Below are positions 36,932 to 46,505 of a stretch of 64,000 nt of DNA, piece by piece (position 1 is the first letter of the stretch; each line of letters begins with the position of its first letter). Source of the DNA: an uncultured Bdellovibrionales bacterium (GTDB lineage: Bacteria > Patescibacteriota > Minisyncoccia > Moranbacterales > UBA1568); the NCBI GenBank assembly GCA_964384235.1, contig CAYLJX010000002.1:4126-68125 (forward strand), in the 5' to 3' direction. The notes beneath the pieces are model-generated. The model saw nothing but the letters and a program-made list of their open reading frames with translations. It was not told the DNA's origin and did not search any database. A program made the position numbers and the translations under genes.

Positions 36932-39694
36932 ATGCGGTTTTTCAAAAAACAAAAATACATCCTTGCGCTGTTTCTGGTCGCGGAACTTTTCGTGACTACC
37001 GCTTCCCCTGCGATGGCGGGTCTGTTCGGTGGTGGCGGGGCCAAGCTCCCTTCGGTGTCCAAGGTCGCCGGAGAGCTGGAAAAGCGCTACCATCTGAACC
37101 TTGAATCGATCCAGGACAACGGCGAGTCTTTCAATACTACCGGCAACAAGGTGCCGACTCCGGAAGTGACCCTGTTTTTCAGCCCGAGTGATCCGAAGTC
37201 CGGAGAGAAGCTGACGGCGAGGGCTCTCCCTGTCTATTATTCGAATACCAAGGAGAACCTCTACTTCACCTGGTATCTGAAACGGAAGGGTTGCAATATC
37301 GGCGGCTCCGCCCCGGCAGGCTGTGACTTGGACGGCAACGGCAGCGTGACGGTCGAGGACTGGAAGATCGCGGCCGCGCAGATTCTGGCTCAGAACGGAT
37401 TCGATACGACGAGAGCGAACTACTCGAGCAATACGGATAACGACGGGTATCGGGCCAAGTTCGGCGGGGATAGCCGTACCAATACTCCGGACCGCTGCTA
37501 TGTCCATGATAACTCGTCCGGGATCAACTATGAGTTGACCGAGAACGACAACGGTATCGACTTCAGCTGTCCGAGCGGGACGTCACCGGTCTGTCTGGTC
37601 GGAGAGGGTGATGTGACGAGCGGTACGAACGACACACTGGGAGGAAATTCATACTTCGATATCACCGATTCAAATACCTGTACGGTCTCCGGGTATCCGT
37701 ATTGCGCGAGCGGCGGGGTGGCGACATGCAATAACGGGACGCCGCGCTGTGTCGCTGATCCGAACGCCCTGACGAACGATTGCGGGACGGCGCTTTCTTC
37801 CTGCAGTTCGACCTCCGAGCGGAGTACCAATCCGGTCTGCGAGCACCTGTTTCCGGATGCTCCCGGCGATCGGACGGGCGACGGGTCGTTCGGGGCGAGC
37901 GAGGAGCGTTTCTGGGGGACGGACCCGAGCGATTCCGATACGGCCGACAACGGCAACAAGGACGAGGCGAATATCGCAGGACTAGGGAGAGATACTTTCA
38001 CCTGGAACTACGCTCCCGGCGACAAGGTCGGTGTGGCGGTCGAGGGGGTGTCCACGATCGCGACCAAGCATGACGATGCCTCGATGATGATCATGTGGGC
38101 CATGCCCAAGAAGGATTGTCCGGTGCGCAACACTGGCTCCTATACCAAGACGATCAAGGGTTACAAAGTCGTCATCCCTACGGCGAGCATGGACCTCAAT
38201 GACTGCCTCGAGAGAAACCTGGTCGATCCGACGGAAGGCGGCCAGGCGACCAACCTGGATGTTTCCGTGAACGCGACTCCCGATTACCCGATCAATGACG
38301 AGACTCCCGACAAGGGCGGGGATGTCGTGACGGCCACCGCGAGCGTTGCCAACGCCGATCGGAACCTGACCAAGATACTTTTCGATTGGCGGGTGGATAT
38401 AAGCGACAACGTCCAGTTCAGCCGGACGTCGGGGGATGTGGCGACCGGTATCCAGGAAGAGCTCCGTGCCTTAGGCCTTCTGGGGAATACCAAAGGGAAC
38501 GCGCTCGATACGGTCCAGCTCAAACTCGATATTTCTACCGGAACGATCCTCGGCGGTCGTCCGCTCACCTCCTATCTCAACAACGGTGCCGGGTACCTGC
38601 GCTTCGCGGTCGAGGTATCGGAGAGTTTCGAAGGAGGCATCACCCGGCGCGGCCGAAGCGACGTCATCGTGAAGTTCACTTCGACCAACCGCAAGATCAC
38701 GGCGTACCGGGTAGAACCGACCCTGGTCGGGGGAGCGATGCGGGCCAGACTGGCGGCCGCCCCGGCAGGCATCATCTGCAACGGCAATGCCCTGGACCGC
38801 AATGCCTGTCGCGTGATCAAGAATGAGATCATCGGCCTGCGGATCGACCCGACCGGACTCAGTAATTTCCAGTGGACCATCAATGGCGATACGCTCAGTT
38901 GCAGTACCAAGGTTTCTCCGGATTGTCCGGATGACCGGCAGAACGAGATGAACTTCTTCCCGGTCGCAGGCAATGTCGGTGACACCTATACGGTATCCGT
39001 GACCGCCAACGAGATCGCGACGGACAAGGTGGTGACCCTGGCACGGACCTTTCACGTCGTCCAGCCGGAGGTATCGATCGTGACGCTCGATCAGGAGGCC
39101 GCCTGGCCGAAGTTCCTCGGACAGTATCGGGATATCACGGACGCCTCCAATTGCAGCGGAGGGCTCTGCGATGACTACAGTACGACGATCTTCCAGGCCT
39201 TTTCCGGAAGCGGTGTGCGCTTCAAGGCGGATTTTCTCCCGGGATTCCTGGGGGCGACGGCCGAGCGTCAGTGGAATATCGACGGTTTCGATGTCCCGGA
39301 GAACGCTCCCGGCGAGATCGCCTTTCAGGCCACCAAGGAGGCACCGAGCGTGTACAATGTGAGTCTTAACGCCTTGGTCGTGCAGTCCCCGGAAACCCGT
39401 CGGGCGCTCCTGGACATATGGAATATCTCGCCGCTTGATTCCCCGGAAATCCATTTTTCGAGCACGAATCAGGTGGAGCTCCAGGACCCCGAGTTCGTCA
39501 AGGGACCGAGTACCGGAACCGGGAAATTCCTGGCGGCGATAGCCGGGTATGTCCCCTCGAGCCTCCTCTTCGCGTTCCGGATGCTCCTCTCCGGGTTCCT
39601 CATCCTCTTCACGACCGGATTCATCATGGCGCTCATCCCCGAGCAGCGGGCCGCCAGAGCCTCGTCTTCCCGCAGGGGAGAGGATATCGGATGA
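36932..39694 (+). CDS. large secreted Cys-rich surface protein with C-terminal membrane anchor
   Basis: Signal peptide MRFFKKQKYILALFLVAELFVTTASPAMA; DLDGNG and DPSDSDTADNG Ca-binding-like motifs; many Cys; beta-rich segments; C-terminal TM plus Arg-rich tail. Confidence 0.8.
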   Translation: MRFFKKQKYILALFLVAELFVTTASPAMAGLFGGGGAKLPSVSKVAGELEKRYHLNLESIQDNGESFNTTGNKVPTPEVTLFFSPSDPKSGEKLTARALPVYYSNTKENLYFTWYLKRKGCNIGGSAPAGCDLDGNGSVTVEDWKIAAAQILAQNGFDTTRANYSSNTDNDGYRAKFGGDSRTNTPDRCYVHDNSSGINYELTENDNGIDFSCPSGTSPVCLVGEGDVTSGTNDTLGGNSYFDITDSNTCTVSGYPYCASGGVATCNNGTPRCVADPNALTNDCGTALSSCSSTSERSTNPVCEHLFPDAPGDRTGDGSFGASEERFWGTDPSDSDTADNGNKDEANIAGLGRDTFTWNYAPGDKVGVAVEGVSTIATKHDDASMMIMWAMPKKDCPVRNTGSYTKTIKGYKVVIPTASMDLNDCLERNLVDPTEGGQATNLDVSVNATPDYPINDETPDKGGDVVTATASVANADRNLTKILFDWRVDISDNVQFSRTSGDVATGIQEELRALGLLGNTKGNALDTVQLKLDISTGTILGGRPLTSYLNNGAGYLRFAVEVSESFEGGITRRGRSDVIVKFTSTNRKITAYRVEPTLVGGAMRARLAAAPAGIICNGNALDRNACRVIKNEIIGLRIDPTGLSNFQWTINGDTLSCSTKVSPDCPDDRQNEMNFFPVAGNVGDTYTVSVTANEIATDKVVTLARTFHVVQPEVSIVTLDQEAAWPKFLGQYRDITDASNCSGGLCDDYSTTIFQAFSGSGVRFKADFLPGFLGATAERQWNIDGFDVPENAPGEIAFQATKEAPSVYNVSLNALVVQSPETRRALLDIWNISPLDSPEIHFSSTNQVELQDPEFVKGPSTGTGKFLAAIAGYVPSSLLFAFRMLLSGFLILFTTGFIMALIPEQRAARASSSRRGEDIG

Positions 39695-39760
39695 GACTTC
39701 TCTTTTGATGTGAGTACACAAAAACCCGACATCTCATAAGGTGTCGGGTTTTCTCATATG

Positions 39761-39842
39761 TGGGTAGGGAGAGACTCGAACTCTCATGGATTGCTCCGCT
39801 AGCTCCTAAGGCTAGTGCGTATACCAATTCCGCCACCTACCC
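39761..39842 (-). tRNA. tRNA-Leu(TAG)
   Basis: GGGTAGGTGGCGGAATTGGTATACGC-ACTAGC-CT-TAG-GA-GCTAG...GTTCGAGTCTCTCCCTACCCA; CCA not encoded. Confidence 0.95.
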
Positions 39843-39853
39843 AGCATCTTTTC

Positions 39854-40165
39854 CTAAATGATTTTCGCCTTTTCTCCGAACACTGAGAGGAGTCGTTCGG
39901 TTTCTTCCTTCACCGGACCCTCGTTGTCATACTCTCCGTGATGACGCGTGGTCTCACCGTACGTGTGTTTCTTCTGGTCCAGATGGAGACTGAGGAAGAG
40001 TTTTGTGCCTTCCAACCGGGTGTAGCAGTGGAAACGCGGATACCCTGAACTACCTAAGACCCGGACGAAACTCATTTCCTTATTTTCCTCACGCTGGAAA
40101 GCGTACCCGGCCCGTCGGAGGAGCGAGACCGGATTTTCAGGGATTGATTCGATGAGGAGTTTCAT
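39854..40165 (-). CDS. hypothetical protein
   Basis: 103 aa; GYPRFH...LHLDQKK...HHGEYD. Confidence 0.7.
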   Translation of the reverse strand: MKLLIESIPENPVSLLRRAGYAFQREENKEMSFVRVLGSSGYPRFHCYTRLEGTKLFLSLHLDQKKHTYGETTRHHGEYDNEGPVKEETERLLSVFGEKAKII

Positions 40166-40201
40166 AAGATTCCAAAAAAGCCCCTTTCAGGGCTTGTCTT
40201 G

Positions 40202-40272
40202 TCGGAGTGCCGAGAATCGAACTCGGATTACACGCACCCGAAGCGTGCGTAATACCATTATACCACACTCCG
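40202..40272 (-). tRNA. tRNA-Pro(CGG)
   Basis: CGGAGTGTGGTATAATGGTATTACG-CACGC-TT-CGG-GT-GCGTG...GTTCGATTCTCGGCACTCCGA; CCA not encoded. Confidence 0.95.
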
Positions 40273-40375
40273 ATATTTGATTGCTGATTTTTGGATTGCA
40301 GATTTCAGATTGAAAATCTGGTCTGGATTTTGTATCCGTATCCCGATTCTGCAATCATCAATCTCCAATCTGCAA

Positions 40376-41881
40376 TCATTCCACCCAGTGTCTCTTCTTG
40401 ATCTTTTCGTCGTCGGCCTCGCGTTTCTCCTCGATGCGTTCCTTGGCGAGATCACGGAGGTGTTCGAGTTCCTTGTCCTGGAGTTCCACGGCCCGCTTCA
40501 GGAGAGTTTCCCTTACGTTCTTTTTCGGGTCTTCGATGACTTCCGAGAGGAGGACATCGAGGATGGCACCGATGATGGGCCCGGCAGGAATCTTGAGGTC
40601 CTCGATCAGATCCGTGCCTTTGATGGCGAGCATCTTGACGGAGACGGGGTCCCGCGAGACCTTCTCGATCATGTATTCGAGATGGCGGAGCTTGTAGGGT
40701 TTCGCCTTGGGGACACCGGAACCCAGTCTATCACCGATTCGCACCGCCATCAAGTCGTCCATGTTTTCCAGGCCGACCCGCTTGATGAGGCGGCGCACCG
40801 AGGCCTCGGTGACTTCCCCGACGTTGTAGTAGAAGAGGTGGTTGTCGACGAGGAGGGTCGCCTTTTTGACGACAGCCTGCGGGAAGCGCAGACGGGTGAG
40901 GATCTTGTCTGTCATGCGGGCGCCGACATGATCGTGGTTGTAGAAGGTGGAGCGGTAGCCCTCGCCGCGCTTGGTACGGGGTTTGCCTACGTCGTGGAGT
41001 AGTGCCGCGAGACGCACGGAGAGTTTTTTGGAGGGACAGGTCGCGAGCGCGCGCAGGTTGTGCTCCCACACCGTATAGATGTGGTGGAGGTTCTGGGTGA
41101 CACCGATCCCTTCGCACAGTTCCGGCAGGATGAAGCGGAGAAGTCCCGCTTCCTCGAGCATGTCGATGCCTTCGCTCGGGCTTTCCGAGAGGATGATCTT
41201 TGAGAGTTCGTCACGCACGCGTTCCTTGGAAATGGCTTCGAGCGAGGGGGCGAGCTTTTGGATGGCGGCGAAAGTCGCTTCCTCGATGTGCCAGTTGTGA
41301 CTCTCCTTCGTTTCCTTCGGATCGCGGAGTTCGGCATAGAAGCGGACGGCGCGCATGAGTCGCAGGGCGTCCTCATTGAAACGCTCTTCGGGATTGCCGA
41401 CGGTGCGGATGATTTTGTTTTTCAGGTCCTCTGATCCTCCGAAGAGATCGACGAGTTCCCATTCAATATTTGTATCTTGCCTGACACCGTAGGCGAGGGC
41501 GTTCACGGTGAAGTCGCGACGGGCCAGGTCAGCCTCGAGTGAAGTCGTGAACTTTACTTCTTTGGGGCGGCGCTTGTCGGTGTATTCGGACTCGATGCGG
41601 TAGGTGGTCACTTCGATGACATCATGTTCCTTGTCTTCCGGTGTGTCCATATGAAAGCGCGGTACTTTGACACCGACTGTGCCGAAATCATTCTCATAGA
41701 AGCTCTCCGGGAAGAGTTCCATGATCTTTTCCGGGGTGGCGTCGGTCGTCACGTCCCAGTCCTTAGGAGGGCGTCCGAGGAGGAGGTCTCGTACGCACCC
41801 GCCCACCACGAACGCCTCAAACCCGGCCTCATTCATGGCCTTGACGACGTCGATAACCGGTTGTGGAATCTCACGGATCAT
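40376..41881 (-). CDS. cca: CCA tRNA nucleotidyltransferase with HD domain
   Basis: VGGCVRDLLLGRPPKDWD, DLARRDFTVNA, EDALRLMRAVRF, LLHDVGK. Confidence 0.92.
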   Translation of the reverse strand: MIREIPQPVIDVVKAMNEAGFEAFVVGGCVRDLLLGRPPKDWDVTTDATPEKIMELFPESFYENDFGTVGVKVPRFHMDTPEDKEHDVIEVTTYRIESEYTDKRRPKEVKFTTSLEADLARRDFTVNALAYGVRQDTNIEWELVDLFGGSEDLKNKIIRTVGNPEERFNEDALRLMRAVRFYAELRDPKETKESHNWHIEEATFAAIQKLAPSLEAISKERVRDELSKIILSESPSEGIDMLEEAGLLRFILPELCEGIGVTQNLHHIYTVWEHNLRALATCPSKKLSVRLAALLHDVGKPRTKRGEGYRSTFYNHDHVGARMTDKILTRLRFPQAVVKKATLLVDNHLFYYNVGEVTEASVRRLIKRVGLENMDDLMAVRIGDRLGSGVPKAKPYKLRHLEYMIEKVSRDPVSVKMLAIKGTDLIEDLKIPAGPIIGAILDVLLSEVIEDPKKNVRETLLKRAVELQDKELEHLRDLAKERIEEKREADDEKIKKRHWVE

Positions 41882-41964
41882 AAAAAAAGAATCAGGAATC
41901 AAGAATCGGGAATCAGGAAAAGCTCTTTACTCTTGATTCGTGATTCTCAATTCTTGATTCTTCC

Positions 41965-43725
41965 TTACAGGCTGCGGCGCTTCTCTTCTTCCTTGTAGCA
42001 GATGAGGGTGTCACCGACTTGGATCTTGACGGAGCCTTCGAAGACGACGCCGCATTCGTTGCCCTGACCGACTTCGTCCGCGTTCTGTTTGTTCTGCTGG
42101 AGATTGAGCATCTTGCCCTGACCGACGATCTCGTCGCCTCGCTTCACCTCGAGGAGCGAACCGCGAAGCAGCTTGCCTTCGGAGACGCGGCCGCCGACGA
42201 TCATGTCGCGCTTGCCCGTCTTGAAGATGGCGAGGACGGAGAGACGGCCGGAATCGGTGCGGATGATCTCGGGCGGGAGCATGGCAGCGAGTCGTTCCTT
42301 GATGGCCTCGACGAGTTTGTAGATGATGTTGTACGTTTCGATCTCGATCTTGGAGTTTTCAGCCATGCGTTTGGCGACGGAGGTCGGTTCCTCGTTGAAA
42401 CCGACGATGAGGGCGCCGGCGCTCTCAGCGATACGGACGTCGGATTCGGTGATACTTCCTACGCCGGACTGGAGGATCTCCACGGCGACCTCTTCTGACT
42501 CGATGGTGGAGAGGATCTGCTCGATGGCTTCGAGGGAACCCTGCACGTCTGCCTTGAGGATGATCGAGAGTTTTTTGATACCTCCTTCGTCCTCGGTCTG
42601 GATCTTGGCAAGCTTGGTCTTGGCACCGGCGGCCTCCTTGGAGCGCAGGCGGGCGAGACTCTTGTCGCTCACCACCTGGACGACGTCATTGACCTGGGGG
42701 GCGGTGTTGAAGCCGTAGATGGTCGCAGGGACGGAAGGACCGGCGGTCTCAAGACTCTTGCCGGAAAAGTCCTCGATGCGGCGGATGCGACCGAAGGCGC
42801 CGCCGGCCACGAGGTCCTGGCCGACCTTGAGGGTGCCGGTACGGACGAGGGCGGTGGCGACGGGACCCTTCTGCGGGTCGAGGTGGGATTCGAGGACGAC
42901 CGCCAGGCCGTCGCGTTTCGAGTCAGCGCGGAAATCCTCGACTTCCGCGATGAGGAGGATGTTTTCCAGGAGCTTGTCGATATTGATATTGCTCTTGGCG
43001 CTGATCTCGGCGCACAGGGTGTCACCGCCCCACCCTTCGAAGAGGATGCCGTGCTCGGCGAGTTCCTGTTTGACACGCTCGGGGTTGGCCTCGGGCTTGT
43101 CGATCTTGTTGATGGCGACGATGACGGGGAGCTTGCGTTCCTTGAGGTATTCGATGACTTCCCTGGTCTGGGGGCGGACACCGTCGTCGGCCGCGACCAC
43201 GAGGATGGCGATGTCGGCGATGGAGAGACCGCGCTTGCGCATGGCGGCAAAAGCCTCGTGTCCCGGCGTGTCGACGAAGGTGATGAGTTCCTTGTGCTTT
43301 TTGACCTGGTAGGCGCTGATGTGCTGGGTAATGCCGCCCGCCTCGCCGGCTGCGACGTTCGCCTTGCGGATGGTGTCGAGGAGGGTGGTCTTGCCGTGGT
43401 CGACATGGCCGAGGATGGTGACGACCGGTGCGCGAGGGGAGAGGTTTTTGCCGGAATTCTTCTCTTCAGTAAGGGTCTTGTTGAGGCCTTCGAGCGTCAT
43501 GTTTCCTTCAGCTGCCTCTTCTTCGGCCAGGGTCGCCTCGAAGCCGAGGTCGGCAGCGATGATGCTCGCCGTCTCGAAATCGATCTCCTCGTTGATGGTC
43601 GCGAGGATGCCGTTCTTCATGAGCTCGGTGATGACGGTCGCGACCGGCAGATGCAGAAGCTCGGAGAGTTTCTTGACGGTCACCGAGGAGGGGAGAACGA
43701 CGTTGTTTGTGGTGGATTCGGTCAT
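41965..43725 (-). CDS. infB: translation initiation factor IF-2 (compact)
   Basis: [38 protein letters not shown]. Confidence 0.97.
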   Translation of the reverse strand: MTESTTNNVVLPSSVTVKKLSELLHLPVATVITELMKNGILATINEEIDFETASIIAADLGFEATLAEEEAAEGNMTLEGLNKTLTEEKNSGKNLSPRAPVVTILGHVDHGKTTLLDTIRKANVAAGEAGGITQHISAYQVKKHKELITFVDTPGHEAFAAMRKRGLSIADIAILVVAADDGVRPQTREVIEYLKERKLPVIVAINKIDKPEANPERVKQELAEHGILFEGWGGDTLCAEISAKSNINIDKLLENILLIAEVEDFRADSKRDGLAVVLESHLDPQKGPVATALVRTGTLKVGQDLVAGGAFGRIRRIEDFSGKSLETAGPSVPATIYGFNTAPQVNDVVQVVSDKSLARLRSKEAAGAKTKLAKIQTEDEGGIKKLSIILKADVQGSLEAIEQILSTIESEEVAVEILQSGVGSITESDVRIAESAGALIVGFNEEPTSVAKRMAENSKIEIETYNIIYKLVEAIKERLAAMLPPEIIRTDSGRLSVLAIFKTGKRDMIVGGRVSEGKLLRGSLLEVKRGDEIVGQGKMLNLQQNKQNADEVGQGNECGVVFEGSVKIQVGDTLICYKEEEKRRSL

Positions 43726-43819
43726 GAGGGTGCGTGATTAAAAGGGAGAAAAATTAAAAGGGAGTAATGGGAGTAAAGGGAAATGGAAAGGTGATGAGAG
43801 AGGAAGAGAATGAAATTGC

Positions 43820-44326
43820 CTACACCGCGGTCGGTTTTCCTTGGATGGCCTGGGCGATGGCGGCTTTCTCCTCTTCGGTGAAGGGGAAGTGCTCGGCTGC
43901 TCCGGCTGTCACGGGCTTGGCGTAGACACGGGTGCCTTCGCGGGTGTGGAGCGAGGAGAGGACGACGCCGGAATTCTTGCCATCAAGCAGGGCCACCGAG
44001 AAGCTCTGGTTGCCGCCCACTTCCTTGAAGGGATTGAAGCGCAGCACGCTTGTTTTGTGGACGCTCTTGATGACGAGTTCGCGCAGACGGTTGGAAATCT
44101 CGAAAAGCTCCTGGATTTCCCCGTCGAGTTCCTTGGTCTCTTCGAGTTGTTTCAAAAGAACGGTTTCCAGATCCTTGGCTTCCTTTCCGGAAAAGAACGT
44201 CTCGAGCTTCTGTTTCTGCCTGCGGTTCTGAATGAGGAGGTAGACGACCATTCCCAGGAGGACGAGCTCCCCGAACACGAGTACGGCGAAGGCGATCATG
44301 GCGAAGGTGGGGAGGGTTTCGAGCAT
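43820..44326 (-). CDS. DUF4446-like membrane-anchored protein
   Basis: N-terminal TM; RFNPFKEVGGNQSFSVALLD...SSLHTREGTRVYAKP. Confidence 0.75.
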   Translation of the reverse strand: MLETLPTFAMIAFAVLVFGELVLLGMVVYLLIQNRRQKQKLETFFSGKEAKDLETVLLKQLEETKELDGEIQELFEISNRLRELVIKSVHKTSVLRFNPFKEVGGNQSFSVALLDGKNSGVVLSSLHTREGTRVYAKPVTAGAAEHFPFTEEEKAAIAQAIQGKPTAV

Positions 44327-44476
44327 AGGAATCCGCAAACGGGCCTTTCTGTTACGCTACCACGATTTTTTCTCTTTGTAAAGGGAAAATTTTGAGTCCG
44401 TCTTGACTCCCTTTCGTTATCATCTGGGATGAAGTGCTATACTGAAAACATCCCATTATTTTTTAATCACATTCCT

Positions 44477-45118
44477 ATGAAAAGGCTTCTCATCGTCGCC
44501 TTCGTGCTGGTCCTCATCGCGGTCGTCGCGCTCTTTGTCTGGAAGCAGAGCGGTTCGCCCAAGCCCGGGAAAGAGTCCGTCATGAAGCAGGAGACCCAAG
44601 GGATGCCCAAGCAGGCGGAGAGCACGGTCATCGATTCCATCAAGGACGCCATGGGTCTGGGCAAGGCTATGCAGTGTACCTACATGGCCGATGGACAGGC
44701 TTCTTTCAAGTCTTCCGTCATCGTGAACGGCGACAAGTTCAAGTCCGTGACCGAGGTCGCCGGCAAGAAGATGTACGGCCTCTTCGACGGGGAGGCGCAG
44801 TACGTGTGGACGGAAGGCGAGAGCAAGGGTTTCAAGATGAGCAAGGGTTGCCTCGACGAGCTCAAGGCCAACCTGCCTGCCGGAAGCGATACGAATACGG
44901 GAGCTGGCGTGAAGGATCTCTCGGAAGGATTCGACATGGCCAAGAACGTGACATGCGAGGCGGCTCCCTCGGCTTCAGCGGATCTTTCCGTCCCGACGGA
45001 TGTCATGTTTGCCGATCAGTGCGAGATGATGCGGCAGAGCCTCGAAATGATGAAGAACGTACAGAAGCAGATGCCAGAAGGGACGAAGTTCCCCGGCACG
45101 ATGCCGCAACCGTACTGA
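44477..45118 (+). CDS. hypothetical exported protein
   Basis: MKRLLIVAFVLVLIAVVALFVW anchor; four Cys; beta-rich. Confidence 0.75.
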   Translation: MKRLLIVAFVLVLIAVVALFVWKQSGSPKPGKESVMKQETQGMPKQAESTVIDSIKDAMGLGKAMQCTYMADGQASFKSSVIVNGDKFKSVTEVAGKKMYGLFDGEAQYVWTEGESKGFKMSKGCLDELKANLPAGSDTNTGAGVKDLSEGFDMAKNVTCEAAPSASADLSVPTDVMFADQCEMMRQSLEMMKNVQKQMPEGTKFPGTMPQPY

Positions 45119-45164
45119 AATTCCCGCGGGATTCCGCACGTAATTCGTTTTTCAATCACAACCT

Positions 45165-45602
45165 ATGGGCAAGATACTCGGTATCATCATCGTCATCGTC
45201 CTTGTGGCAGTCGGCTGGTTCTTCTTCGGTTCCAAGCAGTCCTCGGCACCGACCGGGGATGGCGCCAAGATGACCAAAGAAAATACGTCGGAACCGACGA
45301 TCGGCGGCACTGCAGGAAAAGTGGGAGCGACGAAGGAATTCGTCATCGAGAGCGCCAACTTTTCCTTTGCGCCGAACACTATGACGGTCAAGAAGGGCGA
45401 CTTGGTCAAGATCACGCTCAAGAACAAGGAGGGTCTTCATGATCTCAAGATCGACGAGCTCGGCGTCGCGACCAGCCGTCTCAACGGTGTCGGCGAGGAG
45501 AAAGTGGAGTTCGTCGCGGACAAGACCGGGACGTTCGAATACTACTGTTCCGTCGGCGAGCATCGCGCCATGGGTATGAAGGGCACGCTTAAGGTGGAGT
45601 AG
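45165..45602 (+). CDS. membrane-anchored cupredoxin (plastocyanin-like)
   Basis: FSFAPNTMTVKKGD...HDL...YYCSVGEHRAMGMKG type-1 Cu ligands. Confidence 0.85.
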   Translation: MGKILGIIIVIVLVAVGWFFFGSKQSSAPTGDGAKMTKENTSEPTIGGTAGKVGATKEFVIESANFSFAPNTMTVKKGDLVKITLKNKEGLHDLKIDELGVATSRLNGVGEEKVEFVADKTGTFEYYCSVGEHRAMGMKGTLKVE

Positions 45603-45656
45603 ACTCCTCTTTTTTGGAAGAAAAACAAAGACCCCGCTCCTGGCGGGGTTTTGTTA

Positions 45657-45746
45657 TGGCGGAAAGGGAGAGATTCGAACTCTCGATACCGTTTCCGGTA
45701 TGCCGCTTTTCGAGAGCGGTGCCTTCAACCACTCGGCCACCTTTCC
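45657..45746 (-). tRNA. tRNA-Ser(CGA)
   Basis: GGAAAGGTGGCCGAGTGGTTGAAGGC-ACCGCT-CT-CGA-AA-AGCGG, long variable arm, GTTCGAATCTCTCCCTTTCCGCCA with CCA encoded. Confidence 0.96.
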
Positions 45747-45953
45747 GTACTGATCAGCCAAGGCTGATCGAAAAAACTGTCGGCCTCGTGCTTCCGGGGT
45801 TTCCATCGAAACCCGCACGGTGTTCGCTTGCTCACACCGTGCCCACTCGGCCACTTCTCCATATGACGAGATGATTGTATACGAAAACGCTTTATTGTAC
45901 AATAGAAACACCTTGGAATCTTTCGGAACAAACAAAAAATTAACCTTTCGTGT

Positions 45954-46502
45954 ATGCAAACGCCCCTCGGACTGACCTTTGTCGATCCGGCGACCGTGAC
46001 GAGACAGCTCTCCATCGAGGAGGGGAGCAAAGTGGCCGATTTCGGCTGCGGGTCGGGTTTCTTTTCCTTCGAATTCGCCAAACGGATCGGGAGCGACGGT
46101 CTCGTTTACGCGCTCGACGTGTTGCCGTCGGCTTTGGAGGCGGTGGCGAGCCGGGCCAAGACACTCGGTCTCGGCAACATCGTGACCAAACGCGTCAATC
46201 TGGAGCGGGACAACGGTTCGATGCTTTCGCCCGGGAGTGTCGATTGGGTGGTGCTCAAGGACATGCTCTTTCAGAACGAGCGCAAGGAAGTGATCATCCG
46301 CGAGGTGGCCCGGGTCCTCAAGCAGGGCGGACAGGCCATCGTCATGGAGTGGAATCCCAAGGACACGATGGTCGGACCGGATGCCAAGCTCCGTATCGCT
46401 CCGGAAACGCTCAAGCAGATGGCGGAGAAGGTGGGGCTTTCCATCAATCAGGAACTGAACGTCGGCGGGTTCCATTACGCGTTCGTGGTAAGCAAAGGCT
46501 GA
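45954..46502 (+). CDS. class I SAM-dependent methyltransferase
   Basis: VADFGCGSG, VYALDV, EVARVLKQGG, MEW. Confidence 0.88.
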   Translation: MQTPLGLTFVDPATVTRQLSIEEGSKVADFGCGSGFFSFEFAKRIGSDGLVYALDVLPSALEAVASRAKTLGLGNIVTKRVNLERDNGSMLSPGSVDWVVLKDMLFQNERKEVIIREVARVLKQGGQAIVMEWNPKDTMVGPDAKLRIAPETLKQMAEKVGLSINQELNVGGFHYAFVVSKG

Positions 46503-46505
46503 GAT

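Noticed and set aside
26613-39842. ICE bounded by a tyrosine recombinase and tRNA-Leu
   Set aside because: The recombinase looks like a housekeeping Xer; no relaxase, coupling protein or excisionase; I found no repeat of the tRNA-Leu 3' end near xer; codon usage mostly matches core genes.
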